Origin: an uncultured virus (IMG/VR IMGVR_UViG_3300005080_000002)
Taxonomy: Duplodnaviria; Heunggongvirae; Uroviricota; Caudoviricetes
Reading direction: 5' to 3' (one strand)
Virus record (IMG/VR): IMGVR_UViG_3300005080_000002
DNA length: 64,000 bases
Part shown: piece after piece, positions 47,004 through 57,183 of the stretch
Position numbering within the stretch: position 1 is the first letter of the stretch
How the letters are laid out: every line of letters starts with the position of its first letter
Translations under genes and position numbers: made by a program
The notes under the pieces: model-generated
The model's database searches: none
Told to the model about the DNA's origin: nothing
The model's input: only the letters and a program-made list of their open reading frames with translations

Positions 47004-47825
47004 TTATGCCTTTCCGTCAAGGAAGGACATGTCGTGCGCAATCATGTTGTAATGGACTTCGTAGAGCGACTGGATCAGCTTACGCTGAGCCGGGTCTTGG
47101 GTATCGCTGTACAGCAGCTCGTCATATTCAAACGGAATCTTACTGACAACATCATCGTCTTCCAAGGCTGCGTTAGTTACTTCCAGCTCAACCTTGGCCC
47201 ACGGATGGAAACCTTCGACAGAGGGGCTGAAGTACAGATCGAGCTCCCAGCATAGAAACCCAGTTCCACGGCGAGGGATCTTCTTACCGTCACGGTTAAG
47301 CAGCGGGATCTTGATCCGAACGCGCGAAGTGATCGACGTAGAACCCCAAGCCATCGAGATGAAGTTTTCATTCGATATTTCGGAATTGTACTCGCGCTTC
47401 TTTTTTTCTCCGATGTGAACTTTTGTGGTCAGCTCACAACGAGTGACTCGACCGTCATTGTAGTATTGTCTGGCCCGTACTTTACGCTCCTTATTGGCGC
47501 AAGGGATCTTAACTTCGATGAAAGCATAGTTATCGCAGTCGTGGAATTTCTCCATGATTGCTTTAATCTGCTCAGGACTGAGTTTAACGAAGAAGCTATA
47601 CTCAATCTCATCTTCCCCATTATCACTCAGGTTAAGACCACTGAAGATATCACCGAAGATCTTACCGAACGGAGTGTTGCCACCAACCTCCGTCTGGCCA
47701 AGGTCTTCCTTAAGGTTACGGTGGAAGTCTTCAGCTGTCCCCCACTGCTTACCCTCCGACTCCATCCCCACGCTTTGCTGATGTTTTTCAGCTATCTCCT
47801 GCGCTACTCGTTTCAGTAATGACAT
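47004..47825 (-). CDS. CYTH / triphosphate-tunnel metalloenzyme-like protein, 273 aa
   Basis: EIEYS, KVRAR, ELTTK, KREYN, SRVR, WELD and VELEV follow the CYTH strand order; N-terminal G-M-E site. Confidence 0.7.
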   Translation of the reverse strand: MSLLKRVAQEIAEKHQQSVGMESEGKQWGTAEDFHRNLKEDLGQTEVGGNTPFGKIFGDIFSGLNLSDNGEDEIEYSFFVKLSPEQIKAIMEKFHDCDNYAFIEVKIPCANKERKVRARQYYNDGRVTRCELTTKVHIGEKKKREYNSEISNENFISMAWGSTSITSRVRIKIPLLNRDGKKIPRRGTGFLCWELDLYFSPSVEGFHPWAKVELEVTNAALEDDDVVSKIPFEYDELLYSDTQDPAQRKLIQSLYEVHYNMIAHDMSFLDGKA

Positions 47826-49589
47826 TTATACTCTCCCGGCAGCAATATCCTCGTTGAATGCATCGAGCAGTTCGTCGATGTAAGGCATCTTGAGAATATC
47901 GTTGCATATTTCAATGGCGTTAGTCTTACCACCCGTCAGGTTAATGCCAGCACGACGTCTCGCATCCTCAGATACGCCCTCGATGCTACATACCTCAATG
48001 AAGGTGGTCTCTTTGGAGATGTTAAGAACGACTTCACCAGAAGGATATGCTTGGAGAATGTCCGCGTCGATTGTCTGACGTCTGAACATAGTTCGCTGTT
48101 CTGGAATCTCAGCGATACAGCGCAAGCCGTTATCTTCTACGGCATATGCCGGAAGAGTAACAATCCAACCAGTCATGTCGATAACATCGTCATCTAGCTC
48201 TGACGTGATATCACTGCCAACACAGCCGGCAATTTTCCCACGTTCTTCATAGAAAAAGTGCAAGATGTCGACAAGACGTTTTGGCAAGCTCGGGAATATC
48301 GCGTAATCACTGATGTCAGCCAACGAAGACATGGTCATGCCCAAATCATTCGTTTTCTCATCAAGCAGCTCAATCGAGATACAGTCAAACAAGTTATAGA
48401 TCACATATTCAGCAGGATAGTTCTTCTGCATGAACACGTGCCATTTCAGACGCTTGAGATGGTCAGCTTCTTTGAACTTAAGCTTACCAATACCCAGGTG
48501 ACGATGGAGTACACCATCCAAGTTGTAGTCTGGCTCGTTACCCTTAGCAACACGAATCTTCTTAAAGAGACACATTGCGTCTACAACGTAGAAGCCCGCC
48601 ATGCAGTAGAGTACATGCCAAAGGTCAGCAGGGTGCTGTGAGATTGTCTTGGAGTTCGTCTCACGCTGCGCCTTGGCTTGCTTATAGCGAACTTTACGGT
48701 ATTTTTGTGGGACGGATGGATCACAGAACACGTCTTCGGCAGGAATGCCGGCTTTGTCCAATGCAGCTAAGATTTGTGGAATATCGTAGTCCATGTTCCA
48801 GATAGTCAAGAAGTCTGGCTGTAGTTCATGAACGCGTTTCATCACCGCTGCAATTGCGAGACCGGGATTGTCACAGATATGTATTTCGATGTCACCGCCC
48901 CGCTCTTTAATAAGGTCGGTGTTAACGATTATGTTCTCATACTTACCGGTGACTTCATTCTTCTTACTTTTCTTTAGGTCAACGCTACTGAGATACTCCG
49001 CATACTTGCGATGGATAGTCTCATGGAAATCAGGGATTCGATCAGCCCACCACTTAACGACACCTACGATTCTGGTCTTACCCATTGTCACGGAAGTCAG
49101 GATAGTTTCGTTGGTACCGAACGTAACGTCCCGCTCCGTATCGAGTACGGCTACGCGACTACGAGATACCAGACCTGGCCACTTCTCTTTATAGCGGTGT
49201 TTGAGCAGTGCCTGAGGCCCCATGTCCGCATAGTAGACGTAGGGACTCTGACATACATCACGCAACTGCTTCTTGGGATCAGGATAAGTACGGCCGAGCG
49301 CTTGCTGTATTTTCATCGACAGCTCGACCTGAGTACATTCAAACTTTTGCAGCTTTTCTAACTCTTCGTATTCTTTTTTATCTTGGTGGTTACGGTAGTT
49401 TTCCCGAGTAATGTAGAAAGGCCGTTTGAAGTTCTCAACTAAGCGGATGCGCGGAAAGTGTCCGCCATCTTTTGTATGAATGACCTCTTTAATTAGCAAC
49501 ATGTCGTTAAAAGAACGATCGGTTGCTTCTTGGTATGAGATATTTTTACACTCAACGCCAAGGACGTCATCAGCAGAAATTTTTACCAT
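47826..49589 (-). CDS. Family B DNA polymerase, exonuclease plus motif A subunit (phiKZ gp82-like)
   Basis: ExoI VLDTE, ExoII WNMDYDI, ExoIII YNLFD and motif A DADILQAYPS; start taken at ATG 49589. Confidence 0.88.
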   Translation of the reverse strand: MVKISADDVLGVECKNISYQEATDRSFNDMLLIKEVIHTKDGGHFPRIRLVENFKRPFYITRENYRNHQDKKEYEELEKLQKFECTQVELSMKIQQALGRTYPDPKKQLRDVCQSPYVYYADMGPQALLKHRYKEKWPGLVSRSRVAVLDTERDVTFGTNETILTSVTMGKTRIVGVVKWWADRIPDFHETIHRKYAEYLSSVDLKKSKKNEVTGKYENIIVNTDLIKERGGDIEIHICDNPGLAIAAVMKRVHELQPDFLTIWNMDYDIPQILAALDKAGIPAEDVFCDPSVPQKYRKVRYKQAKAQRETNSKTISQHPADLWHVLYCMAGFYVVDAMCLFKKIRVAKGNEPDYNLDGVLHRHLGIGKLKFKEADHLKRLKWHVFMQKNYPAEYVIYNLFDCISIELLDEKTNDLGMTMSSLADISDYAIFPSLPKRLVDILHFFYEERGKIAGCVGSDITSELDDDVIDMTGWIVTLPAYAVEDNGLRCIAEIPEQRTMFRRQTIDADILQAYPSGEVVLNISKETTFIEVCSIEGVSEDARRRAGINLTGGKTNAIEICNDILKMPYIDELLDAFNEDIAAGRV

Positions 49590-49663
49590 GTCTAGTTTAC
49601 CACGAGTTAGTAAATGACTTAACACATAATGGTCACATGTGTCTTTATTAAGCGGAGTCGAAT

Positions 49664-50929
49664 ATGTCCGAATTTGATTTTGATCCTGCTGCTCCAATAG
49701 GATTTGAGAGCTTCGATGACAGCGCCACCAAACAGGTAGGGTTGGAGTCACTGAAGGTACATATCCGTCGAGTAGGGATGAACCAAACTGCTTATTATGC
49801 AGGTGAGGCTATTGAGCCCGGCCTTTTCAGTAAACTGTCGGTTAAAGCATTAACCAAAAACCCATCCAAGACCAAACAGTCTATCGCTATGGAGGTGATC
49901 ACTGAAAAGCAAATGGCATTGGGTGGTGCGGTAGCCGTCGCTACCGGCGGTTTGGGTTATATGCTCTACCGTTTCTGGAAATGGATTAAGAGCAAGTTCT
50001 CATCAGGCGAACTCAGCGATGCCGACATCAGTAATAACGAGCTGAAAATACCGACGGCTGATGAAGCATTGGCTAAAGGCGAAAAGATTGCAAAGAAGGT
50101 GGCTAGCGACGAAGAGTTAGCCGAGAGTCTTAAGCCTTATGCCTCGTATATCGGGAAACCGGAATACGTCGCCATCGCAATGGGTATCCATGGTGCCAAG
50201 AAAGCCGGTCTGTCCAAGAACGAACTGGAGACGCTACTCAAGAAACTGTCTACGTCCAAACTGGTCAAAGACAAACCCGAGCATGCTATCCCGTTAATTC
50301 TTACACGCCACGGAATCGTCCCGATTTATAAAATTGCCAAGTATGGTAAATTTAACCGGGATTTTGTAAGGCAGCTGACACATTACGCTGATGACCTTGC
50401 TAAGCAAGTTATCCTGCTGACTTCCACCGATGGTTCTACCAAGGACATAAACGAGCTCAAGAATGCCGTTAAACGTCTCGACAGTGCATTCGGCGCCTCT
50501 CCAAATATACGAGATGCCGTAAGTGCTTTCGATTCGACTACGGAGCTTGGGAAGCTTCTGGCGAGTATTCGCAGTCAGCGGATTGGCTACTTCACTTCCA
50601 AGCAGGGAGTGACGATGCTTGACCCTGACGCTGAGGCTAGCTATTTTGACCTCGTAGCAACCTCACGTCTGTTCGAAGATACCGCCTCGGACACCAAAGA
50701 GTTTAACCGCGTCATTGAGAAGATCAATGATAAGTTAAAACGTGACAGCATTAAAGAATCTGAAATCTCTCGCTTTAATTCGCTGCCAGCGGAAAACCGT
50801 AAAGATCTCAATGAGATCTCCAAGAAAATACAAGAGCATACTGGTAACGTTCTGCGTGCCAAGAAGTTCTTCCAATACTGCTACCGCCAGGTCGGCCTTT
50901 ATAAACAACAAGTAAACGAGGTGGTGTAA
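49664..50929 (+). CDS. Internal head protein with propeptide and hydrophobic segment, 421 aa
   Basis: S/A/G-x-E sites GFE, GLE and AME, followed by MALGGAVAVATGGLGYMLYRFWKW. Confidence 0.7.
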   Translation: MSEFDFDPAAPIGFESFDDSATKQVGLESLKVHIRRVGMNQTAYYAGEAIEPGLFSKLSVKALTKNPSKTKQSIAMEVITEKQMALGGAVAVATGGLGYMLYRFWKWIKSKFSSGELSDADISNNELKIPTADEALAKGEKIAKKVASDEELAESLKPYASYIGKPEYVAIAMGIHGAKKAGLSKNELETLLKKLSTSKLVKDKPEHAIPLILTRHGIVPIYKIAKYGKFNRDFVRQLTHYADDLAKQVILLTSTDGSTKDINELKNAVKRLDSAFGASPNIRDAVSAFDSTTELGKLLASIRSQRIGYFTSKQGVTMLDPDAEASYFDLVATSRLFEDTASDTKEFNRVIEKINDKLKRDSIKESEISRFNSLPAENRKDLNEISKKIQEHTGNVLRAKKFFQYCYRQVGLYKQQVNEVV

Positions 50930-52191
50930 TGATGAATATAGGTTTTGAGGCGATTGCGTACCAGGGTAAATCAAAACTGGCCGATCGTCTCACCCAACTG
51001 ATTGATGACTGGCGTGCAAGCCGAATCTTCAATAGCGAAGAAGCGGCCAGACGGGGGCTGGCAGCTACCGTATTTGAACTGACTGGTATTTCGATCCGTG
51101 TGGATGTTGTTGACGTTCCCTACTCCAATGCCTCTGTGGAGTTGCCGAGCATCGATAAAAACCATCCGCTGGTCAACAACTACCAGCGTGGTTGGTTGGC
51201 TAACCGCGACCTGCATAAAGTCCTGAACTTTGTAGGTGGCACGTTCTCTGGCATGGTTGATCGCAAAGAAGCCCGTGTATATGGCGACTTCTCCAAGCTC
51301 AACTGCCCGACTACTCTCACCACTGGCCTCCTGATGAACCCGCTGATCGGTAGCCGTGGCGTGGCTGCAATCTTGCTGCATGAACTCGGACACGTATTCA
51401 CGTTCTTTGAATATATCCTCGATATGTTCAATATGAACTATGCAGCCGCTAACGTCTCTCATCGCGTCCTCAAGACCGAGACCGACCAACAACGCATCGA
51501 AATCATCAGCGAGTACGAGAAGGCCACCGGCACCGTTATCGAAGATAAGGAACTGCTGATCCGTCAGGACAAGGCAGACACCATCTTTGTTAAGCTGGTT
51601 ACCGAAACCGTCAAGAAGCGTCGTAACGTTGAAGGTAATGAAGTCTACTCCTATCGTGGCTTTGAATCGGTCTCTGACCAATTCGCAGTTCGCCATGGTG
51701 TAGGTCGTGACCTGCAACTGGCTCTGGCAGTCATCGAGCGTGAGAACGGCTCTACTTCCCACTATGGCTGGGTTGTGCATATCTGCGTCGAATACCTGAA
51801 GCTTATCGGCTTCATGTTTATGACTGGTATGACCGCTGGCATGTTTGCAATCATCATCCTGCTGTGCAGCCGTCCGCTGAACAAGATCTACGATGACCCC
51901 AAAGAGCGTGCTGTCCGTATTCGTAATGAAATGCTCGGCGAGCTCAAAGGTAAACTTACCGACGGACGTCGTAAGGAAATCGTAGCGGACATCCATGCTA
52001 TTGATGTTTGCATTAAGGAGATGAGCGACAAGAAGACAATCATGGAGGCCATCTGGGCTTACCTGATCCCGTCTGGTCGTCAGTCCGAAGCCAAGCGTAA
52101 ATTCGAGCAACAGCTCGAGGCCCTGGGCAACAACAACTTGTTCTATGCGAGCTCCATGTTGGAGACCGTAGAGATCCCCAAACACGTATAA
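50929..52191 (+). CDS. Virion-associated zinc metalloprotease-like protein, 420 aa
   Basis: N-terminal GFE site; HExxH (LLHELGH); downstream E..SDQFA; hydrophobic stretch LIGFMFMTGMTAGMFAIIILL. Confidence 0.7.
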   Translation: MMNIGFEAIAYQGKSKLADRLTQLIDDWRASRIFNSEEAARRGLAATVFELTGISIRVDVVDVPYSNASVELPSIDKNHPLVNNYQRGWLANRDLHKVLNFVGGTFSGMVDRKEARVYGDFSKLNCPTTLTTGLLMNPLIGSRGVAAILLHELGHVFTFFEYILDMFNMNYAAANVSHRVLKTETDQQRIEIISEYEKATGTVIEDKELLIRQDKADTIFVKLVTETVKKRRNVEGNEVYSYRGFESVSDQFAVRHGVGRDLQLALAVIERENGSTSHYGWVVHICVEYLKLIGFMFMTGMTAGMFAIIILLCSRPLNKIYDDPKERAVRIRNEMLGELKGKLTDGRRKEIVADIHAIDVCIKEMSDKKTIMEAIWAYLIPSGRQSEAKRKFEQQLEALGNNNLFYASSMLETVEIPKHV

Positions 52192-52205
52192 GTGAGACAT
52201 CCGCC

Positions 52206-52616
52206 ATGTATGAACTTCTCCGTAACTTCCAATCTCGTGCCGCTGTGGAGTCCGGTGATCGCAACCTGCTCCTGCGGAAGCTGGTAGCCGCCGGCATTGC
52301 GTACTCCTCTCCCCTCCCCGTGGGCGAGATGACTGACGCTGGCGCCTATTTCCGTCAGATGGTCTACAAAGATGCCTGCAAGGTAATCGACGTAGTCAAC
52401 AGCAAGATCGTCATCGATACCGACGGCGTCCTCGATGACGTACGTAGCATCTGGATGGCTCGCTATGAGCTGGTTAACAGCCCGATCATCCCGATCCAGA
52501 TCTATGACTTCCACGGGAGTCTTTCTACCGCCACGGGTTCCATCGTTAACCATTTCAACGCATGGATCACCCCGTTCTCCCAAAGCATCAAAACTTTCAT
52601 TGAGGGGCAGGACTAA
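52206..52616 (+). CDS. Small virion protein, 136 aa
   Basis: In the head-protein operon; coupled to the next gene. Confidence 0.6.
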   Translation: MYELLRNFQSRAAVESGDRNLLLRKLVAAGIAYSSPLPVGEMTDAGAYFRQMVYKDACKVIDVVNSKIVIDTDGVLDDVRSIWMARYELVNSPIIPIQIYDFHGSLSTATGSIVNHFNAWITPFSQSIKTFIEGQD

Positions 52617-54232
52617 TGATCACTTTGCCTGACTTTCCCGACTTCGCTGCTGAAGAGAAAGAACTCTTCAAACTGAACTCTGTTATGACGTCCTTGGTGT
52701 CTTACGAGAATCAGATACGTGAGACCGGTATGTCGCGGGCAATTGGTGTTGGTCTGGAATCTGCCTCTCCGGGTATCCTCGGCGGCCTTAACGTAAACAT
52801 GCTGACTGAGCTTGGTTCCACCACCAAGCTCTCAGTGGGACTTGAGGCCATCGAGTGGCGTAAGATTGCACTGGCCGTATCTGGCACCAGTATTATCGTC
52901 GGCTTGCTCATTAAGCTTTACCAATGGCTTAAGGATCGCTGGGGTGGTTCTGGTGGTGGCTCGTCCTCTGCTATCGCCGCCAAGCAGCGGCAGGTCGATA
53001 ATCTCAAGCGGGATATGGAAGATGTTAAGAAAGAGATTCAGGCACGTTTGAAAAAGCATGCCGAGACTCCTATTTCTGAACAGGCTTTCATGAATATCTT
53101 CCCGGATGAAGATACGCCGTTCAACCTGCCGTACAAGCTCAACCTCGTCGAGCATATCCGCAGTAAGAAAATCAACACCAACCAAGCCATCATTGCGATG
53201 GCCCGCATTACCACCATCTCGCGTCATTATAACCTGTACGACCCTGCCCAGATCGGCTCCCTGATTCTTTATCAGGCCACCAAAGATCTGACGAAGCCGG
53301 TTGATCTATCGTGGGTTGTGTTCTGTGACGAACTGCGCTACTGGCCAGCTTTCTTTGGAAAGGAAGGCTACAATCGCGGTGCTCGCATGGAAACTATCTT
53401 TAACGGCATCACGATGCACTACGTTCAGGGTATGATGTCTGCAACGACAATGATGACCGAAGAGTTCAGCCGGTTGATGAAGATGAACAACGCCCGGATG
53501 AATTCCAAAGAGCCAATCACCGAGCATGAGCGCGATGAGTTCCACGCATATACCACGAACATGCTCGAACGCGTCCACGCTCTCATCAATGACGCTGGGT
53601 TCATGGCTGATAATAAAGTATTCGGGACTTTGTACAAAAACAGCGCCCCGAGTCCGACGATTATCAATCGGAAACATCAACGCTATCTTCCGCCGGCGAT
53701 CATCCTGACGGAATATATCAAGCTGTTCCCGGCTATCGTTAAAGAGCTCTCGTTGGGACTTAGCGTCTATAACCCACGTGCTGAAAACCGCGAGAACGAA
53801 GAAGAGTGGATCTCCCTGCTCAATATTCGCCTCACTCCGCTGAAGCATATCCTTAGCCGCTTCGATCTCGATGACGTCATTACGAACCACCGCGCTGTAT
53901 TCAGCTCGTCTACCGACAAAGCTGTTACTGCACAAGCGGATGAGATTCTTAGCCGTCTGAAAGATATGAAGAAGGAACTGGACACGGTCGAGGCTAGCTT
54001 GCAGTCCGGTAAGGAAATGCTGTTTTCTGGCGTAGAAGGTGCTCGCAAGTATAAGTTGAAAAATCATGTGTTGGATATCGACGGTGAAAACATCGACCAT
54101 CTGTACATGATCAATGGCTGGATTCGTTATATCAGCGACGTCTCCAAAGCCCTCCAGCTTTACTATAGCACCGGCACGCGTGCAGAGCTCGGTCTGTTCC
54201 GTTTGCAAGAACTGATGAAGAAACATAAATAA
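52616..54232 (+). CDS. Internal head protein with propeptide and hydrophobic segment, 538 aa
   Basis: SYE, GLE and GLE sites, then IALAVSGTSIIVGLLIKLYQWL; N-terminus resembles 49664..50929. Confidence 0.7.
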   Translation: MITLPDFPDFAAEEKELFKLNSVMTSLVSYENQIRETGMSRAIGVGLESASPGILGGLNVNMLTELGSTTKLSVGLEAIEWRKIALAVSGTSIIVGLLIKLYQWLKDRWGGSGGGSSSAIAAKQRQVDNLKRDMEDVKKEIQARLKKHAETPISEQAFMNIFPDEDTPFNLPYKLNLVEHIRSKKINTNQAIIAMARITTISRHYNLYDPAQIGSLILYQATKDLTKPVDLSWVVFCDELRYWPAFFGKEGYNRGARMETIFNGITMHYVQGMMSATTMMTEEFSRLMKMNNARMNSKEPITEHERDEFHAYTTNMLERVHALINDAGFMADNKVFGTLYKNSAPSPTIINRKHQRYLPPAIILTEYIKLFPAIVKELSLGLSVYNPRAENRENEEEWISLLNIRLTPLKHILSRFDLDDVITNHRAVFSSSTDKAVTAQADEILSRLKDMKKELDTVEASLQSGKEMLFSGVEGARKYKLKNHVLDIDGENIDHLYMINGWIRYISDVSKALQLYYSTGTRAELGLFRLQELMKKHK

Positions 54233-54264
54233 AGTCTAGGGGCCCGAAGGCCCCTAGCTTTTTA
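54229..54264. terminator. Bidirectional terminator
   Basis: ctaggggcc-cgaa-ggcccctag flanked by A and T runs. Confidence 0.8.
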
Positions 54265-57183
54265 TTTGTCATGCTTGGTAAATGTGGTAATGATGTCGTC
54301 AACGATCGAGATAGTATTGTCGGGGTTAACCCGAGCTTTCTTCTTGAGCGTCAACTTATCACTGTTGTCCAGAACACTATAAATGTACTGGTCTTGATTA
54401 ACTCCCCAGCCGGCCATCTCAACGTCAATGACATCGTCGCCGATCCGCGCCCGCAGGTCAGCCAAGATAGAAGACGCGGACAGTGTCTTCTTACCGAGGT
54501 TTGCTACGATAACTTCACGAGTGATGTTGTTGATGTTAGACAGCAAGTTCGTATTGCGTCGCACTTCATTGGTGACGTAGTAACGAACTGTGAAGCCAAC
54601 TTCCGAATCAACTTTGGCAATCGTGCTATCGGCAAGACGTACGCGAACCAACCCGAACGTGTTCTTCGGATAGACGAACAGTTCGGTCTTATCACGCAGC
54701 TGACCACCGATAGCTGGAATGTCAGACAGGATCGCCTTAGTCAACGCGGCGGTAACAGTTTCAACATGCGGTGCGATTTCCACAGCATCAGCAATCGCAT
54801 AGCGTCCGTCGAACAGGAACATCTCAATACGTCGCAGAACACTACGCGGATTCTTAATGATCGGTTCACGGTCTTCACCGTAAATGATCGAACCGGCTTC
54901 GTGCTCGATGTAGGGAGTTCCATCAGGGTTCTTCATCTGCTCACCGCGATAATGCGCTATCTTGAGCTGTGGCTTACCATTAACCACCTCAATGACCGGC
55001 ATGTTATCGACCGGGTTAACCGCATAGACGTTACGATCATAGACGCCAATGACATCTTTTTCGTAACGCATGTAATCAACACTTCCGACGACCGACCTGG
55101 CATTAGCCCAAAGGGCTGGCAGATAGTTACCGAGGTTGAAACGCAAACGTTCGTGAGTTATACCTTTACTGGTACGGTTTTGTCCAGCAGCAACCTTATC
55201 AATGCTAGACGGTCGGTATTCAGGTGTGGTGTAATTGTTGACCAGGAAGATGACCTCAATATCGGCATTGAGCTGCATTGGAATCGGCGTAGGCTTATCC
55301 CCAAAGAGGATGAAGCTTTCCACGATGATATCGTGGTTACGGTCGACGTCCATGTTGCAACTGATAAAGAACTCGTAGAGACGCTCCTTATCGTCATTTC
55401 TACTGATCAGCTTGCCGTCGAGACGAGCATAGTCCTCGCTATAACCACGCGGTGTGAAACAGATCTGTGCTTCACACTGATCGTCACGCAATGAACGATA
55501 CGTCTCACCCGAGCGAGTCAGTACCAGCAATCGGTAACCGCCATCCACCTTTTCCAAAGCGTAGTCGCCTACACCGACATCCAGATTGAGTTTGGTGTTG
55601 GTGTGGACAAACCGCTTGTTATCTACCGTCGGCTTACTCAGGTAGTAAGGCCTGGCTTCAAACACGTTCGCGTTGTTGTCCAAGACGTAATGGAACGGCG
55701 TGAACAGCAAACGGCGACTGTTGATAATACGCGCTCTTTCGCCCGGAGAGAGCATCTTGTAATAATCCACATTACCGAGCGTGTCGAGGTAAACTCTGCC
55801 GTCACGCTCCTCGTAGAGTGTTTTAGGAGTGATCGTGAGACGGTTGCCGTTGTCATGAACGCTGGGCAGTTTAGCCAGTTCATTGTACGACGTCTGGAAG
55901 ATACCGTTAATAGTACCGATCGGCGTCGACAATTCAGGAATGGTGGATGGCAACAGCTCAGACGAAGCGTGATAGATACGGTCGGTAACAAAGTCAACCG
56001 ACTTGGTCACATCGTAGCCCATATCGTTCAATGTCGACTTAAGCTGCTCGTCACTGATTGGTAACAGGCGACCGCCAAGAGCGTTGTCAATAACACGCCG
56101 GCGAAGATCAGCAAAGCTAAGCTCGTTACGGCCACCAGACACCACATTATTACAGAAGACCTGTTTAAACGTAATGACTTCCAATGGTGATACGTATTCT
56201 GACGGCGTCTCGCCATTAAGGTCGCGGAATTTGATTTCATACTCGGAAGCATTGGTATATGCCCTCAAGTCAAGATCAAGTTTACCTTTAGTGAAATAGA
56301 TGTCGGTTCTGATTTCACCGGAGGCAAGTCCATTGCGAACATAGATGTCTGGGATATAGACATCCATAACGTTATCGCGTACACGAAGCTGCGCAGTTAC
56401 TTCATTAGCGTCGATGACTTCCTGACTGTGGGTAGTTTTCAATTCCACCCATTTCAGTCCCTTACGCATCCAGACACGAGCATAGAAGAACTTATCGGGG
56501 TAAGCGTAGGTTTGTCGGAAGCTGGTGCCGGCAACAATCTGACTGCTATTGGTGACGATGTCGTATTGCATCGTCGGAATCTCGATCTGGATGAACTCCA
56601 GCGGGATGCCGTCTTTAGGCACCGTTCGAACGGTCCATTGCAACGTATTGGAAGACAGCGTAGCGATCGGGGACGGTACGTCGGTATTATAGATTATCTG
56701 AATACCGCCATAGGGCAGTACACGTAATTCAATTGCATACTGGAGTGTGAATGGATAACCTCCGATAGTGATGCGCGAATCGCGAGAGATAACCAGCCGC
56801 CTGGTTTCACGGGATACCAGTGGGACCGCTTTGTTCTTGAGTTCGTCTAGACCAATTACAAAAGTAAACGGTACGGTAGACGGAAGCGCAAAACGGTCAA
56901 GATAGTCGACGTCCGACATATGACCATAAAGATCGTTATAGTCTTCAGCCGCCTGAGGGTAGGCTTTACGAAGACAAGCGTAGTCGTGCTCTATCGCCGC
57001 AGCGGCGGTAACTACCGACGCCTCCAGACTGAATACGACCGGATCACTGGGATCAAGAATCTCGATATCGTCAGGACTACCCATCGCCGTCTTCAAACCG
57101 TCGAGCATCCGCTCTTGAATTGCCAGCGGGTTATAACGGTAAGTAGCCAACTCACCCAATATCTCTTTAAGGGTATTAGCCAT
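54262..57183 (-). CDS. Large virion structural protein, probably baseplate wedge (phiKZ gp87-like), 973 aa
   Basis: Size, beta-rich composition, SGGRNELSFADLRRR resembling a baseplate J/gp6-like motif, and synteny. Confidence 0.65.
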   Translation of the reverse strand: MANTLKEILGELATYRYNPLAIQERMLDGLKTAMGSPDDIEILDPSDPVVFSLEASVVTAAAAIEHDYACLRKAYPQAAEDYNDLYGHMSDVDYLDRFALPSTVPFTFVIGLDELKNKAVPLVSRETRRLVISRDSRITIGGYPFTLQYAIELRVLPYGGIQIIYNTDVPSPIATLSSNTLQWTVRTVPKDGIPLEFIQIEIPTMQYDIVTNSSQIVAGTSFRQTYAYPDKFFYARVWMRKGLKWVELKTTHSQEVIDANEVTAQLRVRDNVMDVYIPDIYVRNGLASGEIRTDIYFTKGKLDLDLRAYTNASEYEIKFRDLNGETPSEYVSPLEVITFKQVFCNNVVSGGRNELSFADLRRRVIDNALGGRLLPISDEQLKSTLNDMGYDVTKSVDFVTDRIYHASSELLPSTIPELSTPIGTINGIFQTSYNELAKLPSVHDNGNRLTITPKTLYEERDGRVYLDTLGNVDYYKMLSPGERARIINSRRLLFTPFHYVLDNNANVFEARPYYLSKPTVDNKRFVHTNTKLNLDVGVGDYALEKVDGGYRLLVLTRSGETYRSLRDDQCEAQICFTPRGYSEDYARLDGKLISRNDDKERLYEFFISCNMDVDRNHDIIVESFILFGDKPTPIPMQLNADIEVIFLVNNYTTPEYRPSSIDKVAAGQNRTSKGITHERLRFNLGNYLPALWANARSVVGSVDYMRYEKDVIGVYDRNVYAVNPVDNMPVIEVVNGKPQLKIAHYRGEQMKNPDGTPYIEHEAGSIIYGEDREPIIKNPRSVLRRIEMFLFDGRYAIADAVEIAPHVETVTAALTKAILSDIPAIGGQLRDKTELFVYPKNTFGLVRVRLADSTIAKVDSEVGFTVRYYVTNEVRRNTNLLSNINNITREVIVANLGKKTLSASSILADLRARIGDDVIDVEMAGWGVNQDQYIYSVLDNSDKLTLKKKARVNPDNTISIVDDIITTFTKHDK

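Noticed and set aside
47398..47408. A AAA AAG slippery heptamer in the CYTH gene
   Set aside because: The -1 frame stops after about ten codons and would truncate the fold; probably just Lys codons.
49590..49751. N-terminal extension of the polymerase exonuclease ORF overlapping the head-protein gene
   Set aside because: ATG 49589 removes the overlap and leaves a normal divergent intergenic region.
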